A stretch of DNA of 63,683 bases, counting the filler. It is 5 parts of 5 records of this genome, joined end to end, with 100 filler letters (N's around TTAATTAATTAA, not from the genome) between each part and the next. Parts side by side here need not be neighbours in the genome. Positions count along the whole stretch, not along the records: positions 37,910 to 48,824 come from SRR20825019_1799; positions 48,925 to 58,035 come from SRR20825019_1819; 3 more parts are not named here. One strand, 5' to 3'. A program made the translations under genes and the position numbers. The notes beneath the pieces were generated by a model. That model ran no database searches, was not told the DNA's origin, and saw only the letters and a program-made list of their open reading frames with translations. How positions within the stretch are numbered: the first letter of the stretch is position 1; every line of letters begins with the position of its first letter. Of this stretch, positions 45,986-56,084 are shown in pieces.

Positions 45986-46582
45986 ATGGTTTCGTGGTCA
46001 GCCGAGCATACGTTTCCCCATCCGTGGGAGCGTGTTACCCTTGCCAACTGGAAGAAATACCCCAATAAGCAACTACCCCATTGTGCAAATGTCGATGTGG
46101 TTGATCGGAAAGTTGAGGAAGGCAAGCTCAAGTCAGAGAGAGTAATGACTTTCAAGAGCCCTATTCCTCTCGTAATTCAACACGTATGCGATATGGTGTG
46201 TTCTTTGGCTTTTCTCCTAACCTCCTCACAGATGCTTGGACAAAACACAGACGAGTTCTTTTCCTACGAGGAGTCTACTGTTGACCCAAAGTCCAAGACC
46301 ATGGTTATGTCGAGCAGAAACTTAAGTTTTTCAAATGTGTTTCTCGTTGAAGAAAAAATTACGTATAGTGAGCATCCTGAAAACAAAGAATGGACTTCGT
46401 TCAAGCAGGAGAGTTCATTTACCATCTTTCCTGGAGTGAGCTCCTGGTTGCCAATGGGGACTATTGAGAGGGGCTTCGTTTCTCGCATGCATGGTAATGC
46501 CCAGAAAGGTCGTGAAGTGGTGGAAGAGATATGTGACGCTATCAAGGACGAGTTCGTCAGCGGCAAGCAGCACTTTTGTTAG
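45986..46582 (+). CDS. PRELI/MSF1 (Ups/PRELID) mitochondrial lipid-transfer protein
   Basis: EHTFPHPWERVTLANWKKYPN..VDVVDR, EESTVDPKSKTM..SRNLSF..VEEKITY..HPEN. Probable 48-nt intron 46184-46231. Confidence 0.9.
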   Translation: MVSWSAEHTFPHPWERVTLANWKKYPNKQLPHCANVDVVDRKVEEGKLKSERVMTFKSPIPLVIQHVCDMVCSLAFLLTSSQMLGQNTDEFFSYEESTVDPKSKTMVMSSRNLSFSNVFLVEEKITYSEHPENKEWTSFKQESSFTIFPGVSSWLPMGTIERGFVSRMHGNAQKGREVVEEICDAIKDEFVSGKQHFC

Positions 46583-46866
46583 TGACAAGCTTGTGAGTGG
46601 TAGGGGAACATTGTAGCAGTCCCAGTCTAGTAGCCTATGTATCTTGCGTTGAGTGAAGATATGATGAACACAGCACAGAGTCCAGAGACTTGCAGTATAA
46701 CTCCAGGTATGGAGTCGCCACCTCTTTCTTCACTACGAGCATTCTATTTTGTCATATTCTAGATATTTTAATATCTAGCGTGAGCGATGAAATAATGATG
46801 CTTGCATTAAACAGACAAGTTTCGTCTCAGCCTTGGCTGTGGTAACATTTGGATGGAGGTGCATGT

Positions 46867-48432
46867 CTATGCCCTAGCAGGGACACGCCACACAGTGAGT
46901 GACTTATCTCCAGTAGTCACGAATGCATCTTGTGCACTCAACCAAGACATCCCGCTATCTCATGTTAAGTCCTTTGGTAGCACATACTGCATTGTGGCTA
47001 CTCACCTGATACGAGTGGTCTGAGATAACGTGGCCATTGGTGAATGAAGACGCAACGCGCTGAAAATCTTCAGGTTGTTGTTCTTGCTCGACGTCGCAAA
47101 AATATTGCTATCGTGACGCGACCACCTGGACCGCACCTTTAGTGAAGCAACTACTTCATCGCCGAGAGAATCCATACCTTACGCGGGCAGTACCATCAGA
47201 GTGACTTATCTCGGACGCAATGGGCAGAGCGGGGTGCCTCACATCCCACAGAATCTACAGTTCATCATTAATCATTCATACCATACTCTATGGATTAGTT
47301 CGTACCACACGAGTGTCTCGGACTGCGGCAATCCGGCAAGGGTCTATAGGGCACCAATCTGCGTCCAGCACAGCAGTCGCAGCATCTTCGCGGTCACACA
47401 AACTCAATGCTGCCCCGTTGCCATCGCGAATGTCATATAGACATATCGAACCATTGATTTGCGCAACAAGCAATTGACCCCTTTCTTCATCGTGAGTTCG
47501 AAGAGCAGTTCCCGCGGAGCGCAATCGAATCTTATCATATTGGACACTCTTTTCAATATCCCAAAGGCGGCATGCATGGTCATCTGGACAGCCATAAACA
47601 CATGACCTTGCGGCCGGGAAAACACATACCTCCTACACTACCGACACAACTGGCCCCCCTATCGACAAAGCGAACTTCATTAACGTATTCCGTGTGGCCC
47701 GAGAATACCCTCTCACAGGCCTAGCTATAGGAGTCAGTTTTAGGATAATCTCCACACCATTGTCATTTCGCACCATGGAGAAATCGCCTTCAGGCCCAGA
47801 TACTGGACGATAAATCGCAACCTTATGATCAGCACCCGCAACACATAGCCTGCATAGAGCTGTTAGTGCCTATAACTACCTATTCTACGCCTCCATACTT
47901 CTCATTCTCGAAACCATCTCCAGCACACGACCATGTCAGTGCAGTAACTTTACTTCCATGGTTTGTCGTTGTGACCTCGCTAGTTTGCCATGACTCTAGG
48001 TCTGCCCCTGAGTTCAACGTACTTGTAGTAACGGTGAACTTCGAGTCCCCATCTCCATAGGCAAGAATATCAAAGTTCACATCCCCCTCAGAGATTGGAG
48101 AACATGTTAAAACACCTGCGCATGAAGCAGCGTTCTGTTGGAAGCTTGATGCGTGGCTCCCAACCATCCCCTTGCTCAAGTTTGTAGTTCAACGACGGCA
48201 AGTACGTCCAATTCGTGAACGAGCTTGCAACAAGACTTAAAGACTATGTGAGCCCCTAAGCTGATGGTTCTGTTTTGCATTTCCCTTGGTGTTCCATAAA
48301 TATCAAAATCAAAATCAAAATCAAGCGCCCGACGTCCACAGTGTGCAAGCGTCGCCAGCGAACAGGCCAACATTACTGCCGCCGCACAGGGGCAATTCCG
48401 AGCATACCGATCAAGCTCCGAGACGATGTCAT
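46867..48432 (-). CDS. WD40-repeat protein, Nup37-like, multi-exon
   Basis: HGSKVTALTWS, LCVAGADHKV, GHTEYVNEV, LLVAQINGSICLYD, DADWC, and a final DKSLTVWR. Confidence 0.6.
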
Positions 48433-48824
48433 GAAACACTCGGAGAAGCCCTCCCTGGGCCCGACCGCCTTAGAATACCTGACATCAAGCACCAACTTCA
48501 GTAGGCAATACAACATACCACGTCTGTAGCCCACCGGACCGGCCGGCAACCGTGAGGACGGTAGTTCACCTCGTGCTGACGGCGCGGCGGCGCCCGGCCG
48601 GCCCCGGGGGGCGCGGCCGCGCCGGCCCGCCGCCAGCCGGCGCCGGCCCCGGCCGGTGATCCTCCGTCTGGCCCAGCTACAAGCGTCACGCCGTCATGTT
48701 TCAAGTTTCTCCAATTTACTAAAAATAAACGATGTCCACTGACACTGATGACACTTTCGCGCCGACATCACTATCACTGATGGTGCCTTACCGATCATCG
48801 TCATCCTCAAGATCCAGGTTCTTC

Positions 48825-48924
48825 NNNNNNNNNNNNNNNNNNNNNNNNNNNNNNNNNNNNNNNNNNNNTTAATTAATTAANNNNNNNNNNNNNNNNNNNN
48901 NNNNNNNNNNNNNNNNNNNNNNNN
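48825..48924. other. artificial contig spacer
   Basis: N44-TTAATTAATTAA-N44. Confidence 0.98.
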
Positions 48925-48928
48925 TTTT

Positions 48929-49567
48929 TTACCTCAAGCTCAAAATTGGATTTACTAAAACGTGGATAGCCTTTTCAACCTCTTTTAACTCCGCGCCAAA
49001 AGCACATGAAGGGCTCGCCACATAAATCAAATCCGACCAATCAAAACCCAGCTTTTTTAGTCGCGAGCCGAATCCTTTACCATTAACGTCACTCTCAAAA
49101 TCAGCCTTGTGCTGAATGCACCTTTCTCGGAGCGTTTGGCCTTGCGTTATTCCTACGTACACAGGACTTTGCAAGATAAACGTACTCTCCAACAAGTCAA
49201 GCGCGCTCAAAAACCGTTCGTCCTCCATGCTTAAGAGGGCTTCCAAGGGGGCTTCGCTGAAATGCTCCTCGAGTTCTACGCTAAAGAACGGTGCAAGGTG
49301 ACTGTGGCGGGTACTATCTCGGACCCACCCTCCATAGACACGCTCTTTACGCAAAGCCAAGTACCTTTTGAATTTCTTGGAAAGAATGACTTTCGCGCTA
49401 GCAATCGCTTGGGTCGAGGCTGACTTACCTTGAAACAGTCCAAGTGACCGCCTACTCAGGAAGGATACGTAATAAGCATAGACTCCTGGAGTCTGGGGAA
49501 TCTCACTAATAGCCCCTGAAGCAGCCATTGGGACGACTACGGAGTCCTCGGAAGTTAAAATTGACAA
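48929..49567 (-). CDS. GIY-YIG superfamily nuclease with large internal insertion
   Basis: IPQTPGVYAYY ... VYVGITQGQTLRERCIQH ... KEVEKAIHVLVNPILS. TTG start at 49567 with GGAGG 9 nt upstream. Confidence 0.7.
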   Translation of the reverse strand: MSILTSEDSVVVPMAASGAISEIPQTPGVYAYYVSFLSRRSLGLFQGKSASTQAIASAKVILSKKFKRYLALRKERVYGGWVRDSTRHSHLAPFFSVELEEHFSEAPLEALLSMEDERFLSALDLLESTFILQSPVYVGITQGQTLRERCIQHKADFESDVNGKGFGSRLKKLGFDWSDLIYVASPSCAFGAELKEVEKAIHVLVNPILSLR

Positions 49568-49634
49568 ATAAAACGTCCTCCGTAAAAATGGCTTCCAAAG
49601 TAAGAATCCAAGTGGGGCGCAGGGACCGTAAAGT

Positions 49635-50711
49635 ATGAGTACATTCACACACACTTTCCCAGCCGCAAGGGGCCACCAAGCCGGGCGGCCTTGCTACGTC
49701 GCAATGTGCCCCCTTCGACTAATCCCTAAAATTTTCATGTTTGATGAAGACGAAGTTCCCCCAGAATTAAGGGCGCAACGCACACTTAATAGAGCCAGAG
49801 TACCGGAAATCGTTAGTTATCTTGTGGATAATCCTACAGATTACACTTTATCCGCTATTACTGCATCAGTTGACGGTCAGGTGAGCTTTGAGCCTAATGA
49901 GGATACTGGGCTAGGTCAAAATTTAGGGCTTCTTTCGATCCCCATGGACGCTCGGATTCTTATAAACGACGGCCAGCACCGCCGCAAAGCTATTGAGCAT
50001 GCGCTAGAAGAAAACGCTGAGCTTGGATACGACAATATCCCTGTGCTGTTCTTTATTGACGCTGGCCTCGAACGCAGTCAACAGATGTTCGCCGACCTGA
50101 ACAAGCACGCAGTCCGTCCTAGCGACTCTATAAGCACCCTTTACGATCGCAGAGACGTGATCTCGGACCTCGCGAGGTCCATGGTTAAAGAGGTTAACGC
50201 CTTTTCCCGCCTTACGGAAATGGAAAAATCCAGCATTTCTAATAGGAGCACCAAGCTATTTACGCTTAGTGCCATTAAAAATGCCTCAAAAGCTTTACTC
50301 TCGAAGGGGAAAGGTGATTCTGTTGATGAGGCAGAAAAGGAACTCGCAGCGAACTTCTGGAGTGTAGTCGCAGAAAACATGCCTGATTGGCAGCTCGCGC
50401 TAGAGAAGAAGGTAGCTTCCGCTGAGCTCAGAGAACAGTACGTTCATGCTCACGCAGTAATCTTACAAGCGCTGGGCAATATTGGGGCAGATTTGCTTGT
50501 GCGACCGAAGAGTCAGTGGAGCAAAATTCTTGAAGGCCTTAGAGAAATTGACTGGGCGCGGGCAAATGACGCCTGGGAAGGCCGAGCAATGCATCATGGC
50601 AGAATCAGTAAAGCCCGCAGCAGCGTAGTTTTGACCGGAAATTACATCAAACAGCAACTAGGCCTCGTCCTTACCCCTATTGAACAAGAGTACGAGGAGT
50701 CTTTGAAGTAA
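49635..50711 (+). CDS. dndB: DNA sulfur modification protein DndB (DGQHR regulator)
   Basis: FPAARGHQAGR, RAQRTLNRARVPEI, LINDGQHR, QQMFADLN. First gene of the operon. Confidence 0.95.
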   Translation: MSTFTHTFPAARGHQAGRPCYVAMCPLRLIPKIFMFDEDEVPPELRAQRTLNRARVPEIVSYLVDNPTDYTLSAITASVDGQVSFEPNEDTGLGQNLGLLSIPMDARILINDGQHRRKAIEHALEENAELGYDNIPVLFFIDAGLERSQQMFADLNKHAVRPSDSISTLYDRRDVISDLARSMVKEVNAFSRLTEMEKSSISNRSTKLFTLSAIKNASKALLSKGKGDSVDEAEKELAANFWSVVAENMPDWQLALEKKVASAELREQYVHAHAVILQALGNIGADLLVRPKSQWSKILEGLREIDWARANDAWEGRAMHHGRISKARSSVVLTGNYIKQQLGLVLTPIEQEYEESLK

Positions 50712-52231
50712 TGAGTACTCAAGAACAGTTCGTCTACCCCGACCACTTATCGATGATCCAGGATTTTTCTCTGGCAGGGCGCCCCCTCGTCGATTTGATT
50801 TGGGAAATAAAATCGCTCTATGCCTCGGATGACAGGCCCTGGATCATTGGGTTCAGCGGCGGGAAGGATTCGACCTGTGTCCTCTCGCTGATCTATGCAG
50901 CACTGCTCCAACTACCGAAAGAGAAACGCCATAAACATATTTATGTGGTGTCTTCTGACACGCTGGTCGAGACCCCGGTTGTCGTAGATATGATCAAGCG
51001 GGTTCTCAACCTCATCAATGAGTCGGCAGAGCGCGAAGAATTACCGATCACAGCCCATCCCGTCGTACCAAAAACGGACCAGACCTTTTGGGTTAATCTT
51101 ATCGGCCGTGGCTACCCCGCACCGAACCAAACGTTTCGCTGGTGTACAGAGCGAATGAAAATTGATCCCGTGAGTGAGTTTATCCTCGATAAGGTCGCAC
51201 GCTATGGTGAGACAGTGGTCGTCCTCGGCTCACGGAGCCAAGAGAGTAACTCTCGGGCCCAAGTTATCGCTAAACATAGAATTGACGGTTCATCGTTGAG
51301 CCGACACAGCTCTCTGCCCAACGCCTACACCTACATGCCTATAGAGGACTGGTCTGCAGACGAGGTATGGATGTATTTAATGAGTGCTCCCTGCCCCTGG
51401 GGTGGCTCTAATCAAGAGCTGCTTGAACTTTACAAGGGCTCCAACCAAGGTGAGTGCCCTCTTGTCATCGATACCAGCACCCCTTCCTGTGGCAATAGCC
51501 GGTTCGGGTGTTGGACCTGCACCGTAGTCACTGACGAGAAAGCGCTTCATGGTCTCGTAGAGTCCGGTGCAGAATGGATGCGACCGCTTGTTGCGTTCCG
51601 CAAGAAGCTCTACGATTCCCGGCAGCCGGAAAATGCCAGCCACTATAGGAATTACCGTCGAAGAACCGGTCGAGTTTCTTACAATACTGGTGACATCAAC
51701 GACGATAGCATCCGAGAAGTGCGCCACGTTCCGGGTCCCTACTTGCTTGTTAGGCGGCAAGAGTTCTTGAAAGAACTGCTGGAAATCGAAAAACAAATAA
51801 CCGATGGCGGCCAGGACATAGAGCTTATTACTCGGCCAGAACTCCACATGATTCGTCGTGAGTGGCTGCGAGACCCCAATGAACCGGATTGGGAGGATTC
51901 GTTGCCGGCAATCTACCGTGAAGTGTACGGCGAGGACCTGGACTGGGTTGAAGATGACGCCGGCGCTTTCACCAAAGCAGACTCCCAAACGTTGGAAAAG
52001 CTGGCCGAAAAATATAATGTGGCTGCCCCGCTTGTTCGGAAACTGCTTGAGGCGGAATTACAAGTTTCTGGCTTAGGCAACCGACGTGGCATCCTGCAAA
52101 AGCTCGAGACCATTCTCAAACAGGATTGGGAAGAACTGGAAGCCATAAACGAGCGTAACGCTAGCTTCAGAAAACTGGGGAAAACCCACGTTGATGAAGT
52201 GAAAGACGAATTTTCTGAGTTTCTCTCCTAA
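50711..52231 (+). CDS. dndC: DNA phosphorothioation sulfurtransferase DndC (PAPS-reductase family)
   Basis: RPWIIGFSGGKDS, DTLVETP, FWVNLIGRGYPAP..FRWCTERMKI, ECP..SCGNSRFGCWTCTVV. TAATG overlap with dndB. Confidence 0.97.
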   Translation: MSTQEQFVYPDHLSMIQDFSLAGRPLVDLIWEIKSLYASDDRPWIIGFSGGKDSTCVLSLIYAALLQLPKEKRHKHIYVVSSDTLVETPVVVDMIKRVLNLINESAEREELPITAHPVVPKTDQTFWVNLIGRGYPAPNQTFRWCTERMKIDPVSEFILDKVARYGETVVVLGSRSQESNSRAQVIAKHRIDGSSLSRHSSLPNAYTYMPIEDWSADEVWMYLMSAPCPWGGSNQELLELYKGSNQGECPLVIDTSTPSCGNSRFGCWTCTVVTDEKALHGLVESGAEWMRPLVAFRKKLYDSRQPENASHYRNYRRRTGRVSYNTGDINDDSIREVRHVPGPYLLVRRQEFLKELLEIEKQITDGGQDIELITRPELHMIRREWLRDPNEPDWEDSLPAIYREVYGEDLDWVEDDAGAFTKADSQTLEKLAEKYNVAAPLVRKLLEAELQVSGLGNRRGILQKLETILKQDWEELEAINERNASFRKLGKTHVDEVKDEFSEFLS

Positions 52232-54225
52232 TGTTGATTCAAGAGTTAAAACTGACCGACTTTCGAGTCTACGCTGGCGAAAACCGTTTTGATTTAACAC
52301 CGTCAAAACGCTTCGGAAAAAAGCAGCCTATTATCCTTTTCGGTGGACTCAACGGAGCCGGCAAAACCAGCATTCTCTCAGGTGTGCGACTGGCATTGTA
52401 TGGTCGGGCCTCTCTAGGCAATGCAGTCTCACAAAAGAACTATGATGAGTTCTTGCTGGAGTCCATCCACCACTCACGTGAAACAAGCCGAACTGCGGGA
52501 AGCGCGGCGGTAGAGCTGACTTTCTCCTACGCTAAGTTAGGTGTAGAAAGTCAGTTCCATATACGGAGGGCTTGGCAAAAGAAGCCTAAAGGAGTTAAAG
52601 AGCACCTCACCGTTTCCGAGGATGGAAAGCCAATTAAAGGCCTCAATCAGGAACAGGCGCAGAACTTCCTCAATGAGCTTATTCCCATCGGGGTATCAGA
52701 TCTATTTTTCTTTGATGGGGAGAAAATTGCCGAGCTCGCAGATGATACTGGTGGGACGGCGCTTGAGCACTCTATAAAAAAGCTTCTGGGGCTGGATGTT
52801 GTTGAGAGGCTATCGGGGGATCTTACTGTCCTCAACCGCAATCTTACAAAAAATTCAACGCTTAAGTCGATCGAAAAAAGCATTGTCGAAGAACAAGAAA
52901 CACTCGACAAGTGCAGAGACGACATAGAGCAAGTCAAGCTCGAAATCACTACAGCGTCAGCAGAGTACGCCGAGGTTAGAACCCGATCAGCCCAATTGCA
53001 GAAATCTCTGGACGAGCGAGGTAGTCATTTTTCTGCCCCGCGAAAAGAACTAGAAAAGGAACTGGACAACCTGAATGGTGCGCGACAGGAACTCATTTCA
53101 CGCATTAATGGTCTACTTGCCGACACAGCCCCGCTTGCTCTCGCGGAAAAGTTTGGCACGAGGGTTGTAGAGCAAATCAATCTGGACCTATCAACGCACC
53201 GTCAGCTTCGCGAAAAAGAGCTGCTTGGTGAGTTTTTGAATCAGGTCTCGATGAACTTGAAGTCGAAACTCGATGCCCCATCCTTGGGGGCGGTTGAAAT
53301 GGAATTTTCCAAACTCATTGAGGCAAGTCAAACTAACACGAATGAACCAATCATCCACGACATCACTCCTGCCCAAGCTGGTAACTTACTTTCCGCGTTC
53401 GCTACAGCAAAGCGACAGAAGACCGAGATTAAATCCGGTTTTGATCAACTAGAGGAGCTCGAACTAAAAATCGATGAAATTGGTGCGGCACTTGCCAGAG
53501 CTCCTGATGATCTCCTGATTGCAAACGACTTTGAGAATTTTCAGGATGCACAGCAAAAGCTTGGGAAGCTAGAAGCTAGAATAGAGACTTTACGTCAAAG
53601 AGGCCGAAATGAGGCCACCAAGGCTTTAGATAGTGCTCGTAGATTAGACCGCTTGTATGAAGAGGCAGCGAAAAACAGCGACCGTGCGCGGATTCTAGAG
53701 TACATCCAAAGCACCAATGGATTGCTGCGCGAATTCGTAGACGAGACAGCTTCCGAAAAAATTAAGGACCTCGAAAAACAGTTTACTGAGTGCTTTTCGA
53801 AACTCGCACGCAAAGATGACCTCGCCCTTCAGATTCGTATAGACCCAAAAACATTTAATGTCACGTTATTGTCGGCCAATAATCGAGAGATCGTAAAAGA
53901 CGAACTTTCAGCGGGGGAAAAGCAGATCTTTGCAATAGCAGTATTGGAAGCACTCGCTAAAACATCCGGAAGGCAGCTGCCAATGATAGTTGACACGCCA
54001 CTTGGTCGTCTAGACTCGAAACATCGAAATAAACTAGTTGAAGGCTACTTCCCCAGCGCAAGCCACCAGATGGTCATACTGTCCACAGACACAGAAGTGG
54101 ATGAGTCGTTCTATCAAGCTCTATCACCTGATATTTCTCGTGCGTACAAGCTCGACTATGATCCTGCCCTTGGTGCCACCAAGGTCGAGGAAGGCTATTT
54201 CTGGCAAACACAAAGGGTCGGCTGA
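52231..54225 (+). CDS. dndD: DNA sulfur modification protein DndD (SMC-like ATPase)
   Basis: Walker A GGLNGAGKTS, LFFFDGEKI, coiled coil, LSAGEKQ, IVDTPLGRLDS.HR and LSTDTEVD. Confidence 0.97.
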   Translation: MLIQELKLTDFRVYAGENRFDLTPSKRFGKKQPIILFGGLNGAGKTSILSGVRLALYGRASLGNAVSQKNYDEFLLESIHHSRETSRTAGSAAVELTFSYAKLGVESQFHIRRAWQKKPKGVKEHLTVSEDGKPIKGLNQEQAQNFLNELIPIGVSDLFFFDGEKIAELADDTGGTALEHSIKKLLGLDVVERLSGDLTVLNRNLTKNSTLKSIEKSIVEEQETLDKCRDDIEQVKLEITTASAEYAEVRTRSAQLQKSLDERGSHFSAPRKELEKELDNLNGARQELISRINGLLADTAPLALAEKFGTRVVEQINLDLSTHRQLREKELLGEFLNQVSMNLKSKLDAPSLGAVEMEFSKLIEASQTNTNEPIIHDITPAQAGNLLSAFATAKRQKTEIKSGFDQLEELELKIDEIGAALARAPDDLLIANDFENFQDAQQKLGKLEARIETLRQRGRNEATKALDSARRLDRLYEEAAKNSDRARILEYIQSTNGLLREFVDETASEKIKDLEKQFTECFSKLARKDDLALQIRIDPKTFNVTLLSANNREIVKDELSAGEKQIFAIAVLEALAKTSGRQLPMIVDTPLGRLDSKHRNKLVEGYFPSASHQMVILSTDTEVDESFYQALSPDISRAYKLDYDPALGATKVEEGYFWQTQRVG

Positions 54226-54226
54226 G

Positions 54227-54580
54227 ATGTTTCCAACACGAATCCAACTAAGCAAGAAAACATGGGACCGCTTGCAATACATGCAAGCCAAGACACGGCT
54301 GACACCGAACATCGTTGCTCGTATAGCTATAGCGCTAGCGCTGCGTGATATCCGGACTGCATCCGTTAATGTGAGCAAGCCCGAACAGACGCACGTTATA
54401 AATCGAGATGTTTTGTTCGGTGACCACGAACGGGTCTATGAAGCTATGATTTTGCAATTCTGTGCAGAGCAAAACGTTGAAGCAGACATGCAGGATATCA
54501 TTCGATCACTGATTGATTCCGGCCTTCACAAGGTGGGACATGTGAAGACATTTTCAGATTTGTCTTACCTTTTTGAATAG
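54227..54580 (+). CDS. dndE: DNA sulfur modification protein DndE
   Basis: 117 aa, MFPTRIQLSK..L..MQAKTRLTPNIVARIAIALAL. Lies directly after dndD. Confidence 0.9.
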   Translation: MFPTRIQLSKKTWDRLQYMQAKTRLTPNIVARIAIALALRDIRTASVNVSKPEQTHVINRDVLFGDHERVYEAMILQFCAEQNVEADMQDIIRSLIDSGLHKVGHVKTFSDLSYLFE

Positions 54581-54596
54581 CCGTAGCAGCAAGTTG

Positions 54597-56060
54597 TCAG
54601 ATAATTTCATCGTAAGAAACAATGTCATTGTATTTACTAACTAAGTCTGGATTATCATCAAGCATACTTTCTATCTCAGCTCTATCCCAATAATCCGCCC
54701 ATATCCCCCTGCGCCTTAGAGACTCCATATGATCAAACAAACTCCTTGCGATTGATCTCGATGACACAACCAGCATTCCTTCGGCTTCAAAACGGTCAAG
54801 TGTATCCCTTATACTTGGAATGTCATTCTTGCCGACATTCTTAGACCACGCCTTACATTGAACTACTATTTTTCTTCTTTGCACTGGGCTTCGATTATTA
54901 TCTTGAGGCATATCAGATAGTGCTGGAGAATCCCAAATACAGATTAGATCTGCGTTAGCATCAGGTTCATTTGTTATTGATGTATTTCTAACTTTTACAA
55001 CGCCAGATCTACGTACTAACAGCTCTCTTGTTAGCTCTTCGAACCTAGTTCCATCTATATTATCCGCCCACGCGTAAACACTTCCATCAAATAAAAAATC
55101 TTGTTCTTCCTTTCTTCTTTTTATAACAAACTCCTTACCTTTCGAATAAACTTTACTACCGCACTCACATTCATAAAATATAAAGTTCTTCTCTGCAATA
55201 GCTATTAGCCGGTTCTCAATTGGTATATATAGTATTGAATCAGAAACTTCACCGAGCGACTCAAAAATAGCCAATATTTTAGACTTATCCGAGTCGGTAT
55301 AGGCGTTTAATGTTTTATGAGTTTTATGGAAGCTGTAGTTTTCGCTTTTGTAACAGTTAACGTCAGATTTTCCCGTCACCATTTTTCTGAGCATAAATGC
55401 CGTTTTTGGAGCAAATACCACTGAGACTTTTTCTTTTTTGGACCTAAAATAATACCAAGAAGGATTAACTCGCTTATTGTATAGTATTGAATCTGATGCT
55501 GGGTCTTCTCGGAGTGCTTTTACTATAGTCATTGCCCAGACATGGAGACTCAAGTCTTGGTAAATACAATCATCCTCCACGTCTTCGCTACTCTCTATAA
55601 AATAAAAGAGACTCGCCTCGTATTGAGTCACAACATCTAATATTTTATCAATGCTATTTAAACTCTCTTTAGAACGCGGAAAAATGCCATTTTTAAGAGG
55701 CTGTGAAAATGTAATATATCGTGCATATACCTCTACCCTTCTTATTGCACCATTTCCTCCCTGGCCAAGAGGGTGCTCAATATCAAGTAATGTGCACGAT
55801 ATGCTGATATCATTCACTCTCATGAATAATGCTGGCAGAACAGAAAATATATCATTCATATCTGTTCTATCACCATCAGCGTCCCAAGAGGTCGTCCTTG
55901 AGTACAGATAGATGGCCACCTCGTTCTCATAGAACTCGATCGGAACCGTTAATAGGGTCGCTTCTCTACATAAAACGATTCGATTTCCTCGATAACTAGG
56001 CTCATAAAAATACTTCCTAGATATATCATCTATTTTTTTTATGAAGCGTTCAACTTTCAT
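54597..56060 (-). CDS. protein with C-terminal Mrr-type (PD-(D/E)xK) restriction endonuclease domain
   Basis: FEELTRELL..DANADLI..IVVQCKAW..VG..EGMLVVSS..YWDRAEIE. Visibly AT-rich. AAGGAG RBS upstream. Confidence 0.8.
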   Translation of the reverse strand: MKVERFIKKIDDISRKYFYEPSYRGNRIVLCREATLLTVPIEFYENEVAIYLYSRTTSWDADGDRTDMNDIFSVLPALFMRVNDISISCTLLDIEHPLGQGGNGAIRRVEVYARYITFSQPLKNGIFPRSKESLNSIDKILDVVTQYEASLFYFIESSEDVEDDCIYQDLSLHVWAMTIVKALREDPASDSILYNKRVNPSWYYFRSKKEKVSVVFAPKTAFMLRKMVTGKSDVNCYKSENYSFHKTHKTLNAYTDSDKSKILAIFESLGEVSDSILYIPIENRLIAIAEKNFIFYECECGSKVYSKGKEFVIKRRKEEQDFLFDGSVYAWADNIDGTRFEELTRELLVRRSGVVKVRNTSITNEPDANADLICIWDSPALSDMPQDNNRSPVQRRKIVVQCKAWSKNVGKNDIPSIRDTLDRFEAEGMLVVSSRSIARSLFDHMESLRRRGIWADYWDRAEIESMLDDNPDLVSKYNDIVSYDEII

Positions 56061-56084
56061 GATTTATGCCTATACTCCTTGAGA

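Noticed and set aside
14814-48432. Non-standard genetic code in the protist
   Set aside because: TAA, TAG and TGA all end conserved genes at the expected positions, and apparent internal stops are explained by short introns.
54038-54226. N-terminal extension of DndE in the ORF track
   Set aside because: It overlaps dndD out of frame. The real start is ATG 54227, which gives a normal 117-aa DndE.
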